Assembly (NCBI GenBank): GCA_015063545.1
Contig: SVTX01000005.1
Coordinates: 1,247 to 65,246 of the forward strand
Direction of reading: 5' to 3'
Length of the DNA stretch: 64,000 nt
DNA from: Oscillospiraceae bacterium
GTDB taxonomy: Bacteria; Bacillota; Clostridia; Oscillospirales; CAG-272
The notes beneath the pieces are model-generated. The model had not been told where the DNA came from. It searched no databases and was given only the letters and a program-made list of their open reading frames with translations. Positions 19,216-27,752 of this stretch are shown here, piece after piece (the first letter of the stretch is position 1; each line of letters opens with the position of its first letter). The translations under genes were made by a program, and so were the position numbers.

Positions 19216-20808
19216 ATGAGCATTGGTGAAACCATAAAATCTTTAAGAACCAAAAAGGGAATGACACAAGAAGAGCTTGCCAATGCTTTAGGTGTTTCCT
19301 CGCAGGCAATTTCCAAATGGGAAACAGATAAGTCTATGCCCGATGTGTCGTTGCTTATGCCGCTTTCCCGTGAGCTTGGTGTTGGAGTCGATGACCTGTT
19401 GGGAGGTGACAGATACAAGAAATTTAATGATGAATTTCAAAAACAACTGCCGCTTGGTCCAAAAGCTACTTTGCTTGTCAGCGAAGCAGCTCTTAAAGAA
19501 TTTCCGAATGATTTTACGTTCCTATATCGCAGAGCGTGTGACGAGTTGTTCTTCTGGGAAGATACCCAGCAAATGCACTATCTGCATAGCGCTGCCAATC
19601 ATTTTTGTGAGCTTGTAAATAAATTTCCCGATAAAGAACCCGCTAAATCAATGTACTCTTTGGCGTTGTCTGCGCTTGGCCAAAAGGAAAAGGCATTAGA
19701 GCTTGCGTATAAATGTGAGGATAGAGATTCTCTTTTGAAACGCATTTTGGAAGGGGAAGAGCTTTTAGTACACAAACAAAGGACTTTGAATAAGGAATTT
19801 TGGTCTTTTTATCAAAGCCTTATAAGCTACAACACGGAAGAATCATTAAATACAGCCAGAGAACTTCTCAATATAATGTATGATAGTGATGAATATATGA
19901 AATCTGATTGGTTGATAGATTTTCATTTGGCAGAGTTGTATCTCAAACAAGGAGATAATGTTAAATTTGCCTGTCATTTAGAAAAATCCTATGAGTTGGC
20001 AAAGAAACGGAGAGAACTGCGACATGCAGATATGTTTAACTATAGCTATAACTACAAATCCGAGTTGTTTAATAAATTAAGCATAGAATATCCGGAAGAT
20101 ATGAGACAGTTTTACCTTGCCGACAGAGAATGTTTTGCAAGCGATAGCGTCTATGATTTAAAGAAAAGAATAGTGCAAGAAAACATCAAAGTAGTAGACA
20201 TACGATTAAGAACTTTTGCGGATTACAAGTTTTTCTATATATATTTTGCACACCATAAAGATCCAAATTTGATTGATGCGGGTATGAGATGGGATTTGCC
20301 GGAAGATGAGTGGATGTTTATAGTTGATCAGCAAAAAAATCCAGATTATGAATATCGCGGATTTATGTTCAATGCGCAGTTGGCATACGCAGAAAAACTT
20401 TACAATGAAAAAAAGCTGACAGGATATCTCGCATTTATTGATTCTTTCGTATCTGTGGGATTTTGCAATGCAGGGGATAGAGAGAAATACAGAAAAACGG
20501 GATTTAATGTGGTTATAGAACACTCTGAAATTCCGGAGGGCGCAAGAGTTATGACTATAGAACATATCACCGTTTCATCGTTATTCAAATTTTGCGGTAT
20601 TGAGGAAAGTTTTATTGATCGTGTTGTCAGTGATGCAAGAGATAACGGATATGAATACATAGAGAGCTGTCTTGACGAGGACGGCATATATATGACACAC
20701 GAAATGTACCAAAGTCTTCACGATTTGTATATTAGCAGGGGATTTGAGGTGTCAAACCAATTTACCATCGGCGGACGTAAATATGTTATGTTCCAAAAAA
20801 AGCTTTGA
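19216..20808 (+). CDS. XRE-family HTH regulator with helical (TPR-like) middle and GNAT-like C-terminal region
   Basis: N-terminus IKSLRTKKGMTQEELANALGVSSQAISKWETDKSMPDVSLLMPLSRELGVGVDDLL is a classical XRE HTH. The C-terminus (GIEESFIDRVVSDARDNGYEYIE...) resembles acetyltransferase motif A, but weakly. Confidence 0.7.
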   Translation: MSIGETIKSLRTKKGMTQEELANALGVSSQAISKWETDKSMPDVSLLMPLSRELGVGVDDLLGGDRYKKFNDEFQKQLPLGPKATLLVSEAALKEFPNDFTFLYRRACDELFFWEDTQQMHYLHSAANHFCELVNKFPDKEPAKSMYSLALSALGQKEKALELAYKCEDRDSLLKRILEGEELLVHKQRTLNKEFWSFYQSLISYNTEESLNTARELLNIMYDSDEYMKSDWLIDFHLAELYLKQGDNVKFACHLEKSYELAKKRRELRHADMFNYSYNYKSELFNKLSIEYPEDMRQFYLADRECFASDSVYDLKKRIVQENIKVVDIRLRTFADYKFFYIYFAHHKDPNLIDAGMRWDLPEDEWMFIVDQQKNPDYEYRGFMFNAQLAYAEKLYNEKKLTGYLAFIDSFVSVGFCNAGDREKYRKTGFNVVIEHSEIPEGARVMTIEHITVSSLFKFCGIEESFIDRVVSDARDNGYEYIESCLDEDGIYMTHEMYQSLHDLYISRGFEVSNQFTIGGRKYVMFQKKL

Positions 20809-20827
20809 TGCAATAGATAGGAGTAAA

Positions 20828-21094
20828 ATGAAACCGGAATACATTTTTTTAGTCATTGTAGTAGTTATCGCAGGAGCATTCTTTTTTGTAAGAAGAGTTG
20901 TTCCTCGAATGATCACAAGCGAAGAAGCAGCTAAAAAATCGTTTGCTTGTCCGAATTGCGGACATGTGTTTTGTGTGTCATGGAAAAAACTCTTTTTTAA
21001 ACAATATAGGCTTTCACTGAAAAATCAGGTGAATTTAAAATGTCCAAATTGCAAGAAAAAGGATATGTGTGCAAGACCTTTTAATGATAATTAA
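20828..21094 (+). CDS. small membrane-anchored zinc-ribbon protein
   Basis: 88 aa; TM helix (IFLVIVVVIAGAFFFV) followed by CPNCG...CPNCKKK. RBS ATAGGAG. Confidence 0.45.
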   Translation: MKPEYIFLVIVVVIAGAFFFVRRVVPRMITSEEAAKKSFACPNCGHVFCVSWKKLFFKQYRLSLKNQVNLKCPNCKKKDMCARPFNDN

Positions 21095-21122
21095 GACAAG
21101 TTGATAGAAAGGAATTATATCC

Positions 21123-21563
21123 GTGACAAACAAAAACAGTTGCTATACATATTTCAGAATTGTTGGAGATTTTGATCCGCATAAGGTTACACAATTATTG
21201 AATCTCACACCTGACGAATATTGGTCAGCGGGAGATTTTAGAAAAAATGGAACGAGATATGATTTTTCATCATGGAAATACGGAACATGTAGCGAATATG
21301 ATGTGGACACGTCCGAGCAAATGAGGAAAACAATTTCGGGTTTGCTTGACAAAATTGACTTGCTCAAGAAAATACGCAATGAGAATGACGTTTCGTTTGT
21401 TCTTGAAGTCGTACCTACCGTGTGTGTCGGTGAGTCAATGCCATGCCTCGCCCCATCGCTTGATATAATCGATTTTTGCCATCTTACGAGAACGGAGATA
21501 GACATAGATATAGATATGTCTTTCCTCACAAGGAAAGGCAAAAAACGAAAGGAGTCCACATAG
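21123..21563 (+). CDS. DUF4279-like protein
   Basis: The N-terminus YTYFRIVGDFDPHKVTQLLNLTPDEYW matches my recollection of the DUF4279 signature. GTG start. Confidence 0.45.
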   Translation: MTNKNSCYTYFRIVGDFDPHKVTQLLNLTPDEYWSAGDFRKNGTRYDFSSWKYGTCSEYDVDTSEQMRKTISGLLDKIDLLKKIRNENDVSFVLEVVPTVCVGESMPCLAPSLDIIDFCHLTRTEIDIDIDMSFLTRKGKKRKEST

Positions 21564-22109
21564 ATGAAAAAGCTATACCTCAAAAAGCTCAAGCGTGGCA
21601 TAGGCTACGCGCTCATCATGTATCTCATATACGGCGTGGGCGCGGATATTTTAGTCACGCTGTCAAATTTTTTTAAGGAGCATCCTTTTGTCCAGATTCT
21701 CATAACTGTCGGTATTCCCGCGGTGATACTTTTTTGGATAGCAACTTATTACCGCATAAACGATACGGACAAATTCAAAGCATACAACAGAGCCGTACCG
21801 TATGGTCAGCTCAAAATAAAGGATGACATTATCTACACCTTAAAGTCCCCTGATTTGCGCGGCGACATTCTCGTTGCGTTGACACTTATCGGCGCGTACC
21901 TGATATTCAATATTCTTATCCCTGTCATCCGTCTGGGCGGCGCGAGAGCTATACCCGCAGCGCTTCTATCGTTTTCCGTGATGCTACTTGTCGCAGTCTT
22001 GTGCTACGCTGTTGCGGATATAATTTCATGGATGATAACGCACAAAAATTATCTCCTTGACCGGGATATCGTGGTAATGGATAAGGATCTGGTGAATAAA
22101 GATCAATAA
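21564..22109 (+). CDS. hypothetical 4-TM membrane protein
   Basis: Start is adjacent to the stop of the preceding gene. Four hydrophobic helices. Confidence 0.5.
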   Translation: MKKLYLKKLKRGIGYALIMYLIYGVGADILVTLSNFFKEHPFVQILITVGIPAVILFWIATYYRINDTDKFKAYNRAVPYGQLKIKDDIIYTLKSPDLRGDILVALTLIGAYLIFNILIPVIRLGGARAIPAALLSFSVMLLVAVLCYAVADIISWMITHKNYLLDRDIVVMDKDLVNKDQ

Positions 22110-22189
22110 ATATCCCGCCTGTAGGAGGATTGCAGTTTCGGGCATAGCCTACATAGAATCCCGCCACTATGGCGGGGTTTTAGTCTCAC

Positions 22190-22230
22190 AAAAAACCGGC
22201 TGACCGTTACGGTCAGCCGGTTGGCTTTTT
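22190..22230. terminator. bidirectional terminator between the 21564-22109 gene and rpsR
   Basis: aaaaaa-CCGGCTGACCG-tta-CGGTCAGCCGG-ttggcttttt. A second hairpin lies at 22157-22180 (CCCGCC-actatg-GCGGGG-tttt). Confidence 0.75.
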
Positions 22231-22234
22231 AAAA

Positions 22235-22483
22235 TCAGTCTGTTACGTAAGGAAGAAGAGCTGCCTGACGTGCGCGCTTAATAGCTGTGTTAAGCTCACG
22301 CTGGTGAACAGCACAAGTTCCCGAAATTCTTCTGGGAAGGATCTTTCCGCGCTCGCTGATAAACTTGCGAAGCTTTGCGGAATCCTTATAGTCAATATAA
22401 GAAACCTTATCTGCACAGAAGATACAAACCTTCTTTCTCTTGCGCACTACGGGGCGCGCAGGACGGTTTTCATTCTTATCCAT
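22235..22483 (-). CDS. rpsR: 30S ribosomal protein S18
   Basis: [15 protein letters not shown]...[21 protein letters not shown]. Confidence 0.95.
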   Translation of the reverse strand: MDKNENRPARPVVRKRKKVCIFCADKVSYIDYKDSAKLRKFISERGKILPRRISGTCAVHQRELNTAIKRARQAALLPYVTD

Positions 22484-22526
22484 CTTATGAATCCTCCAAT
22501 TCTAAATTTAGGTGACGAGATTCTTC

Positions 22527-22976
22527 TCAGAAGGGAAGATCGTCGTCTGTCTTGATCTCCTCAAACTTAGGAGCTACGTCCGAAGTTGAAGAAAATGCGG
22601 GTGCTGCAGCAAAAGTATCTGTACCAAAGCTTGCAGAAGAGTCTGAACGGCTGTCAACGAACATAACTTCGTCAGCAACGATATCGGTTCTGTAGTGCTT
22701 TGTGTTCTGCTGATCTACCCAAGATCTGTTCTGAAGTGTGCCGACAACGCAAATGGACGAGCCCTTCTTGAAATATCTGGAAACGAACTCAGCAGTCTGT
22801 CTCCATGCGGTGATATTAAAGAAATCGGTCTCGCTCTGCTGTGTGTCCTTGTTATATCTGCGGTTTACCGCGATAGAGAAGGAAACTACAGCTATACCGT
22901 TCTGTGTCTGCTTCAACTCAGGGTCTGCAGTAAGTCTGCCACCGAGAATTACTTTGTTGAAGTTAAAATTAGCCAT
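22527..22976 (-). CDS. ssb: single-stranded DNA-binding protein
   Basis: MANFNFNKVILGGRLTADPEL OB fold and C-terminal DDDLPF tip. Confidence 0.95.
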   Translation of the reverse strand: MANFNFNKVILGGRLTADPELKQTQNGIAVVSFSIAVNRRYNKDTQQSETDFFNITAWRQTAEFVSRYFKKGSSICVVGTLQNRSWVDQQNTKHYRTDIVADEVMFVDSRSDSSASFGTDTFAAAPAFSSTSDVAPKFEEIKTDDDLPF

Positions 22977-22990
22977 TTTGGTTACCTCGC

Positions 22991-23410
22991 TTATTCAGCG
23001 TCTGTAGCTTCAACAGTCTCAACAACTGCTTCTTCTACTTCTGCAACTTCCTCAGCTACTTCAGCAACAACCTCTTCAACAGTTTCCTCAACAACTACCT
23101 TCTTGGCAACAGGCTCAAAGTCAAGTCTGATTGTCATAGAACGCATAATTGTTTCGTCAATGTTGAACTGACGCTCAAGCTCAGCGATGAAAGAAGGAAC
23201 AGCCTTGTAAGTAACAACGGTGTAGAAGCCTTCGCTCATATCGTTGATAAGGTAAGCAAGACGACGCTTGCCCCAAGTGTCTACCTCAACGATTTCTCCG
23301 TTGGAACCGATCAAGCTTGTGAACTTCTCAACTGTAGCCTTTGCAGCCTCTTCACCGTTCGATATGTCGGTGATGAAAAGAGTTTCATAAGAATTGATTA
23401 CGTTTTCCAT
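22991..23410 (-). CDS. rpsF: 30S ribosomal protein S6 with about 40-aa Glu/Val/Ala-rich C-terminal extension
   Basis: YETLFI...WGKRRLAY core. The tail is VVVEETVEEVVAEVAEEVAEVEEAVVETVEATDAE. Confidence 0.9.
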   Translation of the reverse strand: MENVINSYETLFITDISNGEEAAKATVEKFTSLIGSNGEIVEVDTWGKRRLAYLINDMSEGFYTVVTYKAVPSFIAELERQFNIDETIMRSMTIRLDFEPVAKKVVVEETVEEVVAEVAEEVAEVEEAVVETVEATDAE

Positions 23411-23529
23411 GTTTTTTACCTCCCTATGGACTTATTCGACCGCGCCTGATATTTGCGCGGTAGAGAGTAGGCTCGTCATTGCGAACCATACCGAGGATAT
23501 ATTATATCATAGACAAATTACTTTGTCAA
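23411..23529 (-). promoter_or_regulatory. rpsF promoter plus about 90-nt leader (candidate S6:S18 autoregulatory leader)
   Basis: On the minus strand: TTGACA (complement of 23524-23529), 17 nt, TATAAT (complement of 23501-23506). The leader contains the hairpin ACCGCGC-aaatatcag-GCGCGGT. rpsF leaders are known, but the fold here is unverified. Confidence 0.4.
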
Positions 23530-23536
23530 CACTTTT

Positions 23537-24115
23537 TTACAAAAAATTAACAATAATAATGGATATAAAAAGCGATGCGACGGATATTGAGCCACCCACA
23601 ACAAGCTCAGTCCATTTATGACGTCCCATATATATCGAGGACCATGCGACAATACCTAAAAGGGGAATGCCAAGCAAAGCTATAGGGCCGTAAACATAAG
23701 TAAGATACGCGATAGGACCCGCAACGCCGCAGGCATGACCGCTGGCCTTAACTTTAAATGCTTTGTTAAACAGAAAGATCAGAATACCCGAAATAAAATA
23801 GGTAATAAGCAAAACCGTCATTTTAGCGGGCATATTGAGGGCAAATGCGCAAATAATTCCCACTATATATCCAATCACGGACATAATTATTGCAAGATTA
23901 CGCTGACCGTCTCGACCGCGTCCTTTGAATTTGGGCATGATTGGTTGCAGAGGATATGCCAGAAGGGGAAGAACTGTTATGCAAAGCAACGATATAATGA
24001 AATTCAAGTTGCCTCCCATAATTTCGGGAGAAACAAAACGAAGTATGCAAAAGGTTATTGCGGCGATGATCGGCGCAACTGTAAGTACGCGTAAAATGTA
24101 ACAAAATTTTTTCAT
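23537..24115 (-). CDS. hypothetical polytopic membrane protein (weakly PAP2-phosphatase-like)
   Basis: Six hydrophobic helices. SGHACG and GRHKWTELVVG loosely resemble PAP2 motifs C2/C3. Confidence 0.4.
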   Translation of the reverse strand: MKKFCYILRVLTVAPIIAAITFCILRFVSPEIMGGNLNFIISLLCITVLPLLAYPLQPIMPKFKGRGRDGQRNLAIIMSVIGYIVGIICAFALNMPAKMTVLLITYFISGILIFLFNKAFKVKASGHACGVAGPIAYLTYVYGPIALLGIPLLGIVAWSSIYMGRHKWTELVVGGSISVASLFISIIIVNFL

Positions 24116-24324
24116 AATACTCCTCGGAAAACGAAATGTGGCGAATCTTGCCGTTAAATGTGGTTTTGGAAACCATATCTGCGTATATTATACACCACAT
24201 CTTTTGAAAATGCAATGGTTTTTTGGAAAATTTAATAAGATTTTTTTATGAGGAATGAGTGAATTGACAAATCTATTCGAGTGTGGTACAATGACAGATA
24301 GTAAAGCAAATGGGGAGAACCGAA

Positions 24325-24792
24325 ATGCGTATAATGTTTGTGTGTCACGGAAATATATGTCGCTCACCGATGGCGGAGTTTATATTTAAAAAGTTATTGT
24401 CCGATAGGGGTATGAGCGAAAGTTTTGTTGTTCAGTCCAGCGCAACCAGCACTGAGGAGATATGGGGAGATATCGGCAATCCCGTTTATCCGCCTGCAAA
24501 AAGAGAACTTGCCTTGCACGGCATAAGTTGCGAAGGGAAACGCGCAGTACAGCTCACGCGCGGGGATTCCGCTAAGTACGATATGTTTATTGGAATGGAC
24601 AGTAACAATATCCGAAACATGCGCCGCATATTGGACAGTTCGGCTCATGGAAAAATATATAAGCTTATGGATTTTACCGAACGCGGAGGAGACGTTGCAG
24701 ATCCGTGGTATTCGGACAGATTTGATATTGCTTTTCGGGATATACATGAGGGTTGTATTTGTTTGCTGGAGTATATTGTTAACAAAATGTAA
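24325..24792 (+). CDS. low-molecular-weight protein-tyrosine phosphatase
   Basis: P-loop VCHGNICRSP (CX5R-S) and DP motif (VADPWY). Promoter TTGACA 24264-24269 / TACAAT 24287-24292. Confidence 0.85.
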   Translation: MRIMFVCHGNICRSPMAEFIFKKLLSDRGMSESFVVQSSATSTEEIWGDIGNPVYPPAKRELALHGISCEGKRAVQLTRGDSAKYDMFIGMDSNNIRNMRRILDSSAHGKIYKLMDFTERGGDVADPWYSDRFDIAFRDIHEGCICLLEYIVNKM

Positions 24793-24800
24793 ATTACATT

Positions 24801-24828
24801 AAAATCCGAGCTTCGGCTCGGATTTTTA
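24801..24828 (+). terminator. rho-independent terminator after the LMW-PTP gene
   Basis: ATCCGAGC-ttcg-GCTCGGAT-tttt. Confidence 0.75.
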
Positions 24829-24829
24829 A

Positions 24830-24858
24830 TTGACAAAAGCCACCGTTTATGTTATACT
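24830..24858 (+). promoter_or_regulatory. sigma-A type promoter of the 24952-39844 operon
   Basis: TTGACA (24830-24835), 17 nt, TATACT (24853-24858). Followed by AT-rich direct repeats at 24863-24902. Confidence 0.5.
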
Positions 24859-24951
24859 TGTGTATAATCATATAATATGTTATTATATTATAATCACATA
24901 ATAGACTTTTAACTTTGCATACATATTTTTGTCCTCAAAGGAGAGCATACT

Positions 24952-26454
24952 ATGACGTTAACGGTATTTTCGTTTGCATTTTTGACAGTATTCGTGACTT
25001 GTATGTTACTGTGCATTTTCAAAGGAATCAAAGCGGGATTTGTAAAGACCGCGATTTCTTTGGCGAGCATGGTAGCATCTTTTTTTATTTCCACGCTGAT
25101 AGCGCAAAAAATGTCAAATATATTTGCAGACGATATTGCACAAGCAGTGTATGGCACAAATGTTTTGAGTGATATGGGTGTAAACAGCGAACAGGTAAAC
25201 CAGCTTATCCTGGCGTATGCGGATGCCCTTATAACTCCGTTTTTGTTCCTGCCGTTATTTTTTGTAGTATATCGAATAATCGATTTCATTGTAAATATTG
25301 TTTACAGAACATCGCTCAAGCCATCCTCGGAAGATACGGAATATGAGCTGGAGGGGAAAAATTCTTCAGCATATAATCATAATTCCAAGCTTTTGGGTGG
25401 AATAATCGGCGGTGTGTGCGGAATACTGACGGCTGTGATAATAACTTTCCCGATAATGGGTACGTTGGATTTTGCTTACATAGGATCGTCATTTCTTGAT
25501 CCCGAAAGCGGTTCTATGTACATATACACCCCGGTGAAGGATGATGATATTGATAAGGTGTGTGCATATTCAAAGGACGTTGTAGGAAACGTGATATACT
25601 CAATGGGAGGCAAGCCCATGTATAATTTTGTTGCCCGTTCAAAGCTTAACGGTGTCAATATAGGCATAATGAGCGAGATAGAAAAAACAACAGAAACTGC
25701 GGGACACGTAACATCTCTTATCAATGAGATATCCAAAGGAAAGTCCCGACCGGAGGATCAGTACGAAAAGGTTGAGACGGTAAGAGAGGAGATAAATGAA
25801 TCCGAAACGCTTAAAATTATAATCTGTGAATTCATGTCGATTGCGTCGGAGCGTTGGATTGAGAATGAGCCGTTTATGGGCATGGAGCGTCCTATAAAAA
25901 ATGAAACTACTGACCCGTTTATGGATGAAATATTCTTGCTTTTGAGAACGTCAACTACGGAGACCGCGGCGGACGATATGGCAACTGTACTGCATGTATG
26001 CTTAATACTCATCGACAGTGATATATCCAGTGTGAACGGAGACTATGCGAGCATGCTTGGAGCAATAGATAAAAACAATATGCTGTATGATCTCAGAATA
26101 GAGCTTGAAAAGAATTCAAGAACTAAATATTTATCTGATACGATAAGTGAGATCGTATTAAGAACAACGTCTTCCGCAATGAAGGCGAATGTTGTCGGTA
26201 ATTATGATGCTTTGATAAGCAATCTTACAACCGAGCTGAACCGCGTTAAGCTTCAGGAATATGATGTTCAAGGGGCGCATATCGCTGAAACGTTCAAATC
26301 GGAAATGGAGGCATTCGGTGTTCCGGTGCCCGAGAGCGTTGCCTCAATAGTCGCCGATGAGCTTACCAGACGTCATTGCCGATATTTGCGTGAGACTACA
26401 AAGGACGATGTAAGAAAGTTTTTCGATGGTTACACGGGAATACCGGAGAATTGA
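24952..26454 (+). CDS. CvpA-like 4-TM membrane protein with about 310-aa C-terminal soluble region of unknown function
   Basis: N-terminal helices (FAFLTVFVTCMLLCIFKGIKAGFVKT..., LLGGIIGGVCGILTAVIITFPIMG) resemble the colicin V production (CvpA) fold. The C-terminus is unassigned. Confidence 0.5.
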   Translation: MTLTVFSFAFLTVFVTCMLLCIFKGIKAGFVKTAISLASMVASFFISTLIAQKMSNIFADDIAQAVYGTNVLSDMGVNSEQVNQLILAYADALITPFLFLPLFFVVYRIIDFIVNIVYRTSLKPSSEDTEYELEGKNSSAYNHNSKLLGGIIGGVCGILTAVIITFPIMGTLDFAYIGSSFLDPESGSMYIYTPVKDDDIDKVCAYSKDVVGNVIYSMGGKPMYNFVARSKLNGVNIGIMSEIEKTTETAGHVTSLINEISKGKSRPEDQYEKVETVREEINESETLKIIICEFMSIASERWIENEPFMGMERPIKNETTDPFMDEIFLLLRTSTTETAADDMATVLHVCLILIDSDISSVNGDYASMLGAIDKNNMLYDLRIELEKNSRTKYLSDTISEIVLRTTSSAMKANVVGNYDALISNLTTELNRVKLQEYDVQGAHIAETFKSEMEAFGVPVPESVASIVADELTRRHCRYLRETTKDDVRKFFDGYTGIPEN

Positions 26455-26478
26455 CGGAAATATAAAAGCAGAGTCAGA

Positions 26479-27183
26479 ATGGAGACTGAAATGTTAGATT
26501 ACGTATTTACATATTTGTCACAAGGAATAATTCTTATTGCGAGCCTTACACTGTACGTGTTCTTGATAGGCATGCTGCTTCCGGGAATTCTTTTGAGATT
26601 GCAATTTATCAAAGGCCCCATCAAGGACCGTGGAATAGAAAAGTATACTTCCCCTGATGGCAGAGCAATAGTTTACGAACCCGAAGTGAGGTTCAGAAAA
26701 TATATCAAACAGTATATGCTTTGCTCAATGGATGGCAATAAGTACATAAAGTGCCTTATAGATCCTAAGATAAATCAGCTAAAATATGACGTTTTGGTAT
26801 TTGACAATCAGGATAAGCTTATAGACGTTATAGGGGTAGCGGAACAAACCAATCAAGGGGAATATACGAGGGCGGTACAGCTTCCGGAAAGAACATCGTA
26901 TGTCAGCGTTATATTGAGACGCGCGGACGGAATGTTTTCCAATAACGAGATAAACGTGATATATCCAATTTTGAACGTGTCCGTATATGCGGCATGTATA
27001 GTGGTGGCGACGGCTGTAGAGGCCACTCTTGCAAACAAGTTGATATCCGGTGTGTTTGAGGAATTTGCAGGACAGTTTATGGGTGGCATTTCCGTGATCG
27101 GAAGTTTGTTGCTGGGAATTGCAGCGGCGGCACTCATAATGCTTTCGTGCTTTATAAATGTGATTAGGAAGATAAACAGATGA
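26479..27183 (+). CDS. hypothetical membrane protein (N- and C-terminal TM helices flanking a beta-rich domain)
   Basis: 234-aa ORF. TM helices at GIILIASLTLYVFLIGMLLPGILL and at the C-terminus (VYAACIVVATAV..., ISVIGSLLLGIAAAALIML). Confidence 0.5.
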   Translation: METEMLDYVFTYLSQGIILIASLTLYVFLIGMLLPGILLRLQFIKGPIKDRGIEKYTSPDGRAIVYEPEVRFRKYIKQYMLCSMDGNKYIKCLIDPKINQLKYDVLVFDNQDKLIDVIGVAEQTNQGEYTRAVQLPERTSYVSVILRRADGMFSNNEINVIYPILNVSVYAACIVVATAVEATLANKLISGVFEEFAGQFMGGISVIGSLLLGIAAAALIMLSCFINVIRKINR

Positions 27184-27743
27184 GAAAAATAGAGCAATTC
27201 ATAATAACCAAAGGGCATTACGAGCATTCCCAGATAAAGGGGCTTGTTTCTGTAAAGCAGTATATATTTGCCCGCGTGAAAGGCAAAAAATGCTTGATTT
27301 TGAGATTTTGCAACGAAACGGATTTTAAAGTCAATGCAATCAATTTTGTTGTTCTGCAGTTGAATGCGGCAGGAGAGATAATAGACAGGACACCTGTTCA
27401 ATACAAGGACATTGTGCTTTTGCCGGGTGGTGTCATGTCAATGAATGACGGTATCGTGGTCAGCGAAAAGTGTGCAGATTTCAAGGTTCAGCTCATATCC
27501 GTACAAAGCGGTCAATATGAGTATCGCGTAAAAGACGGTGATACGGTAGCGGTTTACTATAATGCAAAGGAACGTTGGAAACGTCTTGAAAATGCGGCTT
27601 CCCATGCGGATGGGCTTAATGCTGTGTCAAAGCGTCCCGGTAATTTTGGCTTTTTCGCCTTTGTTGCCACGATGAGCGTTCTGGCAATATGCGCGTTGAT
27701 GTTTTGGCCATATATCAAAGACATAATCGGAGAGGTATTTTAA
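27180..27743 (+). CDS. hypothetical protein with C-terminal TM anchor
   Basis: 187-aa ORF with a 4-nt ATGA overlap with the preceding gene. C-terminal helix FGFFAFVATMSVLAICALMFW. Confidence 0.5.
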   Translation: MRKIEQFIITKGHYEHSQIKGLVSVKQYIFARVKGKKCLILRFCNETDFKVNAINFVVLQLNAAGEIIDRTPVQYKDIVLLPGGVMSMNDGIVVSEKCADFKVQLISVQSGQYEYRVKDGDTVAVYYNAKERWKRLENAASHADGLNAVSKRPGNFGFFAFVATMSVLAICALMFWPYIKDIIGEVF

Positions 27744-27752
27744 ATCATACTT

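Noticed and set aside
19216-22109. Prophage remnant or mobile island between guaB and rpsR.
   Set aside because: No integrase, transposase, phage structural gene or flanking attachment-type repeat is visible. The nearby duplication at 18761-19102 is suggestive but not diagnostic.
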